From Klebsiella phage KPN N141: a stretch of 48,075 nucleotides of DNA. The notes under the pieces were generated by a model. That model saw only the letters and a program-made list of their open reading frames with translations. It was not told where the DNA came from and ran no database searches. Below are positions 41,120-48,075 of the stretch, in pieces (position 1 is the stretch's first letter; each line of letters begins with the position of its first letter). Location of the stretch: the sequence record MF415412.1; one strand, 5' to 3'. The position numbers were made by a program, and so were the translations under genes.

Positions 41120-43787
41120 ACATCCATAATTTATCCTCAAGTGCGGATAACCGCGCTTCAAATCCTTTTGCGATAAACATGTTTAACTCATCAATGCGGA
41201 ACGAGTAGCGATCACCAGCCGGGATGGTTTTGTAGATCGGGTTTTCCGACCCGTCTTCATTCGCTGGCCCATATTCTGAAACCACCGTTTGCTCATCCCA
41301 CTTGTCATAACAGATAAAGCCATATTTGAACGGCTCAAGCCCAAAACTTTCCATGATCTCGATCGCCCGCTGAACGGTCAAACCGCAGTGCTCGCGCACG
41401 TCGTTCATGTCGGCTTGCTCTTTCCACGTCCAGAACCCGATCTCCTTCGCAATGGCTTTGGCCGCTTCGGTTTCAGGATCGCTCATGGCTCGAACGTCGT
41501 TCTTCATCCGACCGTCTGAGGTGTTGATTGCCCCATTTTTAGCGTAGATGTTATTGACTCGACCGCTACCCCATCCAATATCATAACCGCCATCGCCCAT
41601 AGGGATGAAGTTCCCGTTGTGGTCAACGCACCAGCGAGATGTTCGCACGGTGGAGCCTGCCGCACATGTTTCGAACAAGATTCGCGTTGGCGTACTCGTT
41701 GTCCCCCACCCGTCAGGAGCCTGAATATTAACCGCTCCTCGCATTGAGTCGAATTTTTCCCCGTCGTGGCCAGATGTCCCAAAGAAGAAATTAGACCATG
41801 CCTGTGCAGCGCCGATATATTTATCAGAGTTACCCAGGCTACCATCGCACCACATTGCACGAATAGCTGGCGATGAAGCGTTAGAACCACGAGGCGCAAT
41901 CATGTTAATTTCCGGCGCACCATCCGACGATACAATTTTCAACCCTCTACCATCCTGATTGGTTGGGGCATTGAAATTCGGAACTGCTGCGTTAAGCGTT
42001 TCAAAACTACGAACCTCATCAAGATCTGGAGACACCATGCTACCAGCAGGGGTTAACCACGTATCCCCTTTGTCAGAAATTCGCATAACCGGAGAACGCC
42101 ACCCGATGTTTTTACCCTGCGGAGTGACCAATAGGCGAATCCAGCCACCATTATTGCTTTCCGATGCATCGCCAGCCCCAAGGAAGTGCAAGGCCGCGTT
42201 ACTGTGCTCCGTGTAGTAAGATCCTAACCACGGTCGTGAGCCGTACCCACCCAAAAGCTGATTGTTCTTCGTGGCGCTATTAGACGCACCGCGCGTATAG
42301 TTATGGAACACAGCAGACCCGCCAGCAGTATTCTCAATACCGAAAGAGCATTCCGTTGCGTTGTCGCCGATAAAGTTAACACCAATCCCGGTTGTTGCGG
42401 TCGTTTCCTTCAATGGCAGCTTCTGCGATGCGGTAACATCAACGCCGCCGCGAAGGTTAGAAGATCCGTTAACGCGCAGCGTGCTTGACATTGTAACAGC
42501 ATTGCTAAAGCTGGCATTCAACCCGGTAACAGTGAAGTTTGATGCATCAAAAACAACCTGTTTCGCGCTATTCAGATCACCATTAGGGCGGAAGTACATT
42601 CCCTGACCATTTTCAGGGATTGAGTACACGATCGCATTGCTGTTATTGGCCCTAACCACGCAACCGTTCAGGGTCAGCGTAGCGTTTCCGCCAGGCACGC
42701 TAATTGCCTGCGGCTGGCTGAACGTGTTAGCTACGTTGGTGCGCGGGATCGTGCTATCGTTAGCCATCAAATAATCATTAGGTGAATTATATACAATTCC
42801 TGCTGGCTCCGTGGTAATCCACGAATAACCAGTGCGATCGACGATCGGCCCGGTAATCAACCCATTATTAGATTGCACGTTCAAACGGTTTAACCACATA
42901 ACGGGAAAGTAACCGTTAGGCGAGAGTAAATAAACATCAAAAGATCCGTCAGTGTTTTTCACAACCCCCAACTTCAAACGTGACGTGCTATTTGATGACG
43001 GAATGAGTGCGCATTGAGTAAAGTTGGCGTCAATATTATTACTGGTTAGCGTATCAGGAAGACCCCGACCAGAAATAGAAAAGATATCGATCGGGAGATT
43101 CGCCGAACCGAAGTTAGCGCCGCCACCAATAATAAATTGCGCAAAACAGTTTGACTGTCCAGCGTTCTTAACGTTGGCAATCTTCATCCACGCCCGCGAA
43201 CTACCTGGCGAGGTTGGCAGCTTATCCGGCGCTTGAACGCCAGCCACAAGATCGACAGTCTGGTTATAGAGATCTTGAGTCTGATCCCTTGCAGACCCAG
43301 CTTGTTGCCGCGCTGTTAGTGCCGCTTGCTCCGAAGCCTTAGAGTTCGTTTCTGATGTTTTCGCCGCCCCTTCTGACGCAGCAGCCGCCGCCGCGCTCGC
43401 GCCCGCCGCTTCGGAATCGGCAAGACTTTGCAGCGACTCAAAATCAAACGTCTTAAAGAACTCGACTGCATCCGAAATTACGGTTTCCTGCGACTGATAG
43501 TAGCGCAGGGTTTCCGCAACATCTTGCGCCAGACCGTCAACGGTAAGTGAGTCACTTAACAGGATCGCGTAATCGCTAGACGCTACGACAGCGCCTTTTG
43601 TGGTGATGGCTTTAATTTCAGTATCGCTAACCACCTTGTTTACGACGGCCATTTGAATCGGTGACGACAAAAACATAATCGTCGCGCCGGGGCGAATCAG
43701 CGAAAGCGATGATTGCCATTTAGTGCCAGTCCCGGTAACGGTTCCGTCTGCGGCCATAGCCGCTTTGCCTTCTCTGTATAGTGCCAT
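41118..43787 (-). CDS. tail fibre protein with C-terminal S74 intramolecular chaperone
   Basis: '[63 protein letters not shown]' S74 signature; N-terminal '[12 protein letters not shown]'-type adaptor region. Confidence 0.9.
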   Translation of the reverse strand: MALYREGKAAMAADGTVTGTGTKWQSSLSLIRPGATIMFLSSPIQMAVVNKVVSDTEIKAITTKGAVVASSDYAILLSDSLTVDGLAQDVAETLRYYQSQETVISDAVEFFKTFDFESLQSLADSEAAGASAAAAAASEGAAKTSETNSKASEQAALTARQQAGSARDQTQDLYNQTVDLVAGVQAPDKLPTSPGSSRAWMKIANVKNAGQSNCFAQFIIGGGANFGSANLPIDIFSISGRGLPDTLTSNNIDANFTQCALIPSSNSTSRLKLGVVKNTDGSFDVYLLSPNGYFPVMWLNRLNVQSNNGLITGPIVDRTGYSWITTEPAGIVYNSPNDYLMANDSTIPRTNVANTFSQPQAISVPGGNATLTLNGCVVRANNSNAIVYSIPENGQGMYFRPNGDLNSAKQVVFDASNFTVTGLNASFSNAVTMSSTLRVNGSSNLRGGVDVTASQKLPLKETTATTGIGVNFIGDNATECSFGIENTAGGSAVFHNYTRGASNSATKNNQLLGGYGSRPWLGSYYTEHSNAALHFLGAGDASESNNGGWIRLLVTPQGKNIGWRSPVMRISDKGDTWLTPAGSMVSPDLDEVRSFETLNAAVPNFNAPTNQDGRGLKIVSSDGAPEINMIAPRGSNASSPAIRAMWCDGSLGNSDKYIGAAQAWSNFFFGTSGHDGEKFDSMRGAVNIQAPDGWGTTSTPTRILFETCAAGSTVRTSRWCVDHNGNFIPMGDGGYDIGWGSGRVNNIYAKNGAINTSDGRMKNDVRAMSDPETEAAKAIAKEIGFWTWKEQADMNDVREHCGLTVQRAIEIMESFGLEPFKYGFICYDKWDEQTVVSEYGPANEDGSENPIYKTIPAGDRYSFRIDELNMFIAKGFEARLSALEDKLWM

Positions 43788-43843
43788 TTTAAAAGCCTCT
43801 TATGTTGGTTGAGTAACGCAGATAATAGCATCAATGAACCGAT

Positions 43844-43871
43844 AAAAAAAGGAGCCTTTCGGCTCCTTTAG
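43844..43871 (-). terminator. Rho-independent terminator for leftward recombination operon
   Basis: reverse complement AAAGGAGCC-GAAA-GGCTCCTTTTTTT. Confidence 0.85.
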
Positions 43872-43879
43872 TTGTCAAA

Positions 43880-44344
43880 TTAGAACGGGATATCATCATC
43901 GAAATCCATTCCTGGACTCCCGCCGCTGTTTTGCGGTTTTGGCGGTTGCTGAACTTTCGGTTGTTGAGGTTGACCCCACCCGGATTGCTGATTACCGCCG
44001 CCACTTTGCGAAGGCTCGCGCTGGCTAAATTCGAGTTGCGGCATGATCATTTCATTGTGGCTGTAAATTGTGCCGTTGTGCTCGCGGTTCACGATCTGAA
44101 GCGTCCGGCAGGTGACGCTGATCACCTTATCCATTTGCAGCGCTTCATCGTACCACTTAATCATGCTTTCTTTTGCAAAGAAAACAGCGCGGTAGTTCGT
44201 GTAAATTGTTTCGTCCTCGCCATCACGATTGCGGATCTTCATTCGCTCCGACAGGTCTACGGCGTACATTTTCCACGGCCCGTTATTATTACTGCCTTCC
44301 TTGATGTACGGTTCTTTTCGGATCACACCTGTTACAACATGCAT
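43880..44344 (-). CDS. ssb: single-stranded DNA-binding protein
   Basis: OB-fold-like N-terminal part, Gln/Pro/Gly linker, acidic tip 'MDFDDDIPF'. Confidence 0.9.
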   Translation of the reverse strand: MHVVTGVIRKEPYIKEGSNNNGPWKMYAVDLSERMKIRNRDGEDETIYTNYRAVFFAKESMIKWYDEALQMDKVISVTCRTLQIVNREHNGTIYSHNEMIMPQLEFSQREPSQSGGGNQQSGWGQPQQPKVQQPPKPQNSGGSPGMDFDDDIPF

Positions 44345-44380
44345 TGTCGTTCCTATGGGGCGGTTTCCCGCCCTGTTAAA

Positions 44381-45037
44381 TTAGTTGAAAGATGAAATAT
44401 CTTGTGCTTCTGGTTCAGGTTTTGATTCTACCTTTTCCGGCTCACGTTTCGCAACCTCTTGCGGTTTACCAGGATTGAAGCCGTTCGCCGGGGTGACTTT
44501 CAGTTCTGCCTGGCGTTTGGTGATATCGTCTTCCGTCATTTTCCATTCCGCAGGCGTTAACGTTTGTTTCGCCATCTTATAGATCTCCCGAAGCGATTCG
44601 AGATCTTCGCACGCGTCAATGCGTTTTTTGAAGTCTTTCGGTGTCATTTTCGTAATTTCTGCATCATCATCCGCCTGCTTGATGCCGAGCGCTGCGGCCA
44701 GCGCATAGCGGCGGGCGTAAGACGTTGTTGAGCCGTATGCTTGTTCGACGGTTTTGCTGATCGGCATATTGTACTGAAACGCCATAAACTCACCGCTTTC
44801 GTGCAGAAACATCGTTTCGAGGTGCATAACCTTTTCGGTGCTGGTATCCATCATGGATTGAATGACCATAATTTTATTCTTCTCCAGCGCCGGGGAAATC
44901 GCGTCGAGGATGTCACCAAGATTCGCATAGGTGTTCCCAAGATGGTTGTTCTTCCCGCTTTTCTTTGCGGCCACGAAGCCAGATTTTGCCTTGATTAATG
45001 CGGCTGCGATGGTGGTAAATTTTTCAGATGTACGCAT
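44381..45037 (-). CDS. erf: ERF-family single-strand annealing recombinase
   Basis: 'NTYANLGDILDAISPALEKNKIMVIQSM...VEQAYGSTTSYARRYALAAALGIKQADDDAE'. Confidence 0.9.
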   Translation of the reverse strand: MRTSEKFTTIAAALIKAKSGFVAAKKSGKNNHLGNTYANLGDILDAISPALEKNKIMVIQSMMDTSTEKVMHLETMFLHESGEFMAFQYNMPISKTVEQAYGSTTSYARRYALAAALGIKQADDDAEITKMTPKDFKKRIDACEDLESLREIYKMAKQTLTPAEWKMTEDDITKRQAELKVTPANGFNPGKPQEVAKREPEKVESKPEPEAQDISSFN

Positions 45038-45070
45038 GATAAAGTTTCCTTTTCCTGATTGGTAATGCGC

Positions 45071-45112
45071 ACTATATCACAAGTGCGCACCAGTGTTTAG
45101 CTATTTGTGCCG
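45071..45112 (-). promoter_or_regulatory. variant cassette copy upstream of erf: CGGCACAAATAGCTA-21-TATAGT
   Basis: one-base shorter spacing; hairpin around GTGCGCAC. Confidence 0.55.
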
Positions 45113-46143
45113 TATACGTCCGGGAACATGTATTTCACAAACTGCGGAGTAGGCAAAACGACTTCCGCCGCGTTTGACTCATATGATGGCCATGAATCAT
45201 GCTTCACGCATTCCGCATACTGATGAATCACGCTTTGATACTGCTTTCGACCGATCTCGATCTGCTGGCTAGTCAGGGTGAACGCCAGCGGAGCAAACGG
45301 TGATTTTTTCTCCTGCGTTAGCAGTCTGACAACTACCGGGCGTTTTTCGTTGTAGGTCTTCACGAACAGATCGCGCTGCAATGCCATCTTGAGATAGTAG
45401 CCCAAGTTGAAGGCGAGTCGCCCGAAATCGTCAGGCTTGGAAGATTGCGTGGTTTTGTAGTCGGTAATCACCACGACCTCGAAAACCTCATCCGGGTTGA
45501 ACCCCCACTCCTTGATGAGTTCTGGATCGGAAACAACGTCAACATGATCGAGTCGAACCTTAACCTTGACTCCGAAGATCTCACCGAAGATTGACAATTC
45601 ACGCTGTGCAGTAGGCGATTCGATACATGCGGCGTGTCGCGGGTTGGCCAGCATCACGCTGCGCATTTGAACAACGGCATCGAAATCAACATCCTTAACC
45701 AGCTTGCGCCCGGAGTTCATCGCGGCGCTTTCGTCGCACAGTTCAATAGCCCACCAAACATTTACGTCAATCCCGGCGCGATATGCCATTTCCAGAAGTT
45801 CCGGGTAATCCTTGTTGGACGTCCCAATCAGGCCACACGCTTTCAGCTTCGCAGACAGTGCCGACTTCGACGTAATCAGATCTTTAACCTCGCCCGGAGA
45901 AGTCGCCCGCAGGTACTCGCCATTAAATTTTGCCGTCTCAAGCATACAGGTATGCGAACAGGTTCCGAACGCCAGCGCGGCGGTTTCTTCACGCGCCTTG
46001 TATTTCCAGTGCGCCGTGGATGTTGCGTAAATCTCGCCGAGGCTTGAGCCGCTAACGTACTCCGCGCACCAGGAGTTAGGATCGTGATATTGCTCGTTTG
46101 TCAATTCACTGCTGGTGTATGCCCTGAAAATTGCTTCAGCCAT
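45097..46143 (-). CDS. RecE/exonuclease VIII-like PD-(D/E)XK nuclease
   Basis: 'FGTCSHTCMLETAKFNGEY', 'VKVRLDHVDVVSD...VITDYKTTQSSKPDDFGRLAFNLGYYLKMALQRDLF'. Confidence 0.88.
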   Translation of the reverse strand: MAEAIFRAYTSSELTNEQYHDPNSWCAEYVSGSSLGEIYATSTAHWKYKAREETAALAFGTCSHTCMLETAKFNGEYLRATSPGEVKDLITSKSALSAKLKACGLIGTSNKDYPELLEMAYRAGIDVNVWWAIELCDESAAMNSGRKLVKDVDFDAVVQMRSVMLANPRHAACIESPTAQRELSIFGEIFGVKVKVRLDHVDVVSDPELIKEWGFNPDEVFEVVVITDYKTTQSSKPDDFGRLAFNLGYYLKMALQRDLFVKTYNEKRPVVVRLLTQEKKSPFAPLAFTLTSQQIEIGRKQYQSVIHQYAECVKHDSWPSYESNAAEVVLPTPQFVKYMFPDVYGTNS

Positions 46144-46176
46144 TGATATTGCTCCATTTGTGGTTTCGTTGCGTTA

Positions 46177-46218
46177 AGTATACGCATGACGATTCCCGGC
46201 GCAAGTCAAAAAGTGCTA
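46177..46218 (-). promoter_or_regulatory. variant cassette copy upstream of RecE-like gene: TAGCACTTTTTGACT-21-TATACT
   Basis: TAGCACTTTTTG conserved exactly, -10 TATACT. Confidence 0.6.
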
Positions 46219-46251
46219 TCCGTAATTGGTCAAAAAATGAGCGAAATTTAC

Positions 46252-46616
46252 GTAAGATTTAGTAAGATGCATCTTACGTGATTTTTTCCATACATTTCAT
46301 GGAGTTAATGCAAATCGGTAAGATGGTAAGATCCCTATAGGTAAATATCCATGAAAAATCTGGCGCGAAATCCAGCGAAAAAAGACACGTACCCCGGAGA
46401 AATCTTACCAAGATTGATAGATACAGATAGAGTAATAATAATAATATTGTTATTTATCATATACTTACTATCTATATATTGCGGTTAATTGGTTAAATTT
46501 TGCGCGAAATTTACGTAAGATTCATCTTACTAAATCTTACCTAAAGTGGTTAGACCAGTTGCAAGCCACTGAATTTCAGGCATAAAAAAAGGTAAGACTG
46601 ATTTTCTCAATCTTAC
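46252..46616. repeat. array of GTAAGAT/ATCTTAC iteron-like sites
   Basis: GTAAGAT at 46252, 46262, 46318, 46326, 46515; ATCTTAC at 46271, 46402, 46524, 46534, 46610; partial GTAAGAC at 46592. Confidence 0.9.
46392..46540 (-). repeat. AT-rich control/origin-like module, copy 2 (reverse complement of 12408-12537)
   Basis: 46429-46479 and 46392-46411 match copy 1 in inverted orientation. Confidence 0.9.
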
Positions 46617-46618
46617 CT
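46584..46618 (-). terminator. terminator downstream of primase gene, stem built from the GTAAGA/TCTTAC motif
   Basis: leftward reading AGGTAAGA-N13-TCTTACCT followed by TTTTTTT. Confidence 0.7.
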
Positions 46619-46638
46619 AATTTCTGGTCAATATTTAA

Positions 46639-47598
46639 TCAGAGAAGAGATGATGCCTTGTATAACTTACGCTCAAAGCCGAGCTTGAAGTTGTCACCGT
46701 TCGGAACGATAACCTTGAGATCCCGATCGTCGGCAGCCGCCAGCATATCACGATCTCCACGACGGCAAACTACCCGCATTTCTCGCTTACCTTCTCCGCC
46801 CTTGCCTTTATACCTGTACGCCACGATCTCGACGTTTGAAGGTATGATGCAGGCCCAAACGTCGCACTTGAACGAACTGGCAATATTGAAGTGCATCGCC
46901 TCAATCCAGGATCGAGCAAGGTAAATCGGCCCGTTACCGTCGTCGCTCTGATTGGTCACTATCACCGATCCGAAGGTCAGATCTCCAGCTAACATCTTCT
47001 CCCGGCCTTCTTCATCAATGAACAGGATATTGCAATACTCATCATCCAGCCCATCTTCATGCACGAGTTGCATCGGTAGCGCGTGAATTAGCTCCTGCCT
47101 GCCGTTCTCGTGAGTTTTTACGCCAACCTGATATGATTTGATATGCTCATTTTCAATGCCCTCATAGAGCGTTACAGGCGTGCTATCGACGGCCTCCGTT
47201 CTGTTTAAAACTGCCAGCACTCTTTCATGATCTGCCATCTTGCCGTAGTCATACCCGTTATCACGAGACACCTGCTTGTTTCTCTTGACCACGTATTCTT
47301 GCGGAACTTTGCCGAGATAGCGCCCAAGAATGTTGATGCACTCGCTATACGGCTGGCCGCTTAACTTCATTAACCAGCCGATCCCCTTATCAGCACCGCA
47401 GCCGCCACAGTATGCGCCGCCGTCGCCGCGCGTTTCTAACTTGTCAGTCCAGCGGAATCGGTCTTTGCCGCCGCAGTTCGGGCAGTCCTGATGCTTGCCG
47501 TTGAAGTATCGAGAGTGGATGCCGCAAATGTTCTGCAACGCTTCGCGCCACATGCCAGCCATGTACGGCAAAACTTCTTTTTCATCGTAAAAATCCAC
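46639..47598 (-). CDS. DNA primase with zinc ribbon and TOPRIM-like region
   Basis: 'HQDCPNCGGKDRFRWTDKLETRGDGGAYCGGCGADKGIGWLMKLSGQPYSECINILG'; later 'LARSWIEAMHFNIASSFKCDVWACIIPSNVE' and 'VVCRRGDRDMLAAADDRDLKVIVPNGDNFK'. Confidence 0.8.
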   Translation of the reverse strand: MDFYDEKEVLPYMAGMWREALQNICGIHSRYFNGKHQDCPNCGGKDRFRWTDKLETRGDGGAYCGGCGADKGIGWLMKLSGQPYSECINILGRYLGKVPQEYVVKRNKQVSRDNGYDYGKMADHERVLAVLNRTEAVDSTPVTLYEGIENEHIKSYQVGVKTHENGRQELIHALPMQLVHEDGLDDEYCNILFIDEEGREKMLAGDLTFGSVIVTNQSDDGNGPIYLARSWIEAMHFNIASSFKCDVWACIIPSNVEIVAYRYKGKGGEGKREMRVVCRRGDRDMLAAADDRDLKVIVPNGDNFKLGFERKLYKASSLL

Positions 47599-47633
47599 GT
47601 CGTTACCTCCAAATAAAAAACGCCTACACGAGA

Positions 47634-47676
47634 ATGATAACCCGGCAGGCGTTTAGTGTTTAGACAAATTGTGCTA
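47634..47676 (-). promoter_or_regulatory. cassette copy upstream of primase: TAGCACAATTTGTCT-22-TATCAT
   Basis: 22-bp spacing; TAG is stop of 47674..48075. Confidence 0.7.
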
Positions 47677-48075
47677 TCGGACTACGCGGAGCATTTCCCG
47701 GCGGTCGCATCGGCGCGTCACTGGCTTGCCGTTGCTGTCAAACCTTAAATCTGGTCGGCAGAATGAGGCGCGGAAACCTTTGCAATTGTTCCGGCGGTAG
47801 CTCTTGTGTACGAGATAAGCGCCATCGGCTGAGATCATGCCGCGCTTACGCCACTGCTGAACAACCTGGATGCTAACCCCCAACTCTTTTGCCGTTCCCG
47901 CGATACCACCGAAGGCATCAATAACCAGCTCCATCCGCGCAGTCAACCCGGCGCGAACCTCATCCTTCAGCACGTAGTAACCAGTCGGTCGCTTGCGTTT
48001 CTTCTTATCTTTCCCGCGCGATGTTCCGTTATTGCCGTTCAAGGTTCGCTTATCAATCTTTGCCATTTGTTCCAT
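47674..48075 (-). CDS. HTH-containing hypothetical protein (YdaS/Cro-like region), start at or beyond window edge
   Basis: 'GIAGTAKELGVSIQVVQQWRKRGMISADGAYLV'. Confidence 0.55.
   Translation of the reverse strand: MEQMAKIDKRTLNGNNGTSRGKDKKKRKRPTGYYVLKDEVRAGLTARMELVIDAFGGIAGTAKELGVSIQVVQQWRKRGMISADGAYLVHKSYRRNNCKGFRASFCRPDLRFDSNGKPVTRRCDRREMLRVVR

Noticed and set aside
42303-42606. Plus-strand ORFs opposite the tail fibre (e.g. 42303..42488, 42361..42606)
   Set aside because: Antisense shadows of a long, convincingly annotated reverse-strand gene; no RBS or protein-like composition.
46331-46342. T7-like promoter core: leftward CTATAGGGAT near 46.33 kb and TATAGGGATATATAGGGGAT at 12.60 kb
   Set aside because: Only the +1 core resembles T7-class promoters, the upstream specificity region is absent, and no single-subunit RNA polymerase gene is visible in the window.
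1-48075. Window as a complete circularly permuted genome
   Set aside because: The helicase ORF lacks its first RecA-like domain and the last bases hold an opposite-strand gene, so sequence is missing between 48075 and 1.

Overview
The window reads as a near-complete but open-ended genome section of a tailed, siphovirus-like dsDNA phage of an enterobacterial-type host. Host range and morphology are inferred from module content. It contains:
- 1-6.8 kb (+): C-terminal half of an SF2 helicase, VRR-NUC nuclease, Dam-type methylase, HTH-metallophosphoesterase, HAD phosphatase, dNMP-kinase-like protein, and a holin / SAR-endolysin / u-spanin-like lysis cassette.
- 6.8-12.1 kb (-): DUF3987-like ATPase, C5-methylase-like protein and small unknowns.
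- 12.7-20.4 kb (+): about 25 very small accessory ORFs, including a MazG/DUF550-like pyrophosphohydrolase.
- 20.4-41.1 kb (+): terminase, portal, MuF, capsid, tail, tape measure and J-like protein.
- 41.1-48.1 kb (-): S74 tail fibre, SSB, ERF annealase, RecE-like exonuclease, primase and an HTH protein.

I found no integrase, lysogeny repressor, CRISPR array or tRNA. The most interesting signals are non-coding:
1. About 18 dispersed intergenic cassettes with architecture TAGCAC-N4-TTGCTA - 22 bp - TATTAT/CATACT/TATAGT. The TAG is often the stop codon of the preceding gene, and many copies carry variable but self-complementary hairpins.
2. A ~130 bp AT-rich module present as two inverted copies 34 kb apart (12.41-12.54 kb and 46.39-46.54 kb). 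Both are embedded in GTAAGAT/ATCTTAC iteron-like sites, making them candidate replication origins or master control regions.
3. A probable non-canonical -1 frameshift in the tail chaperone genes.
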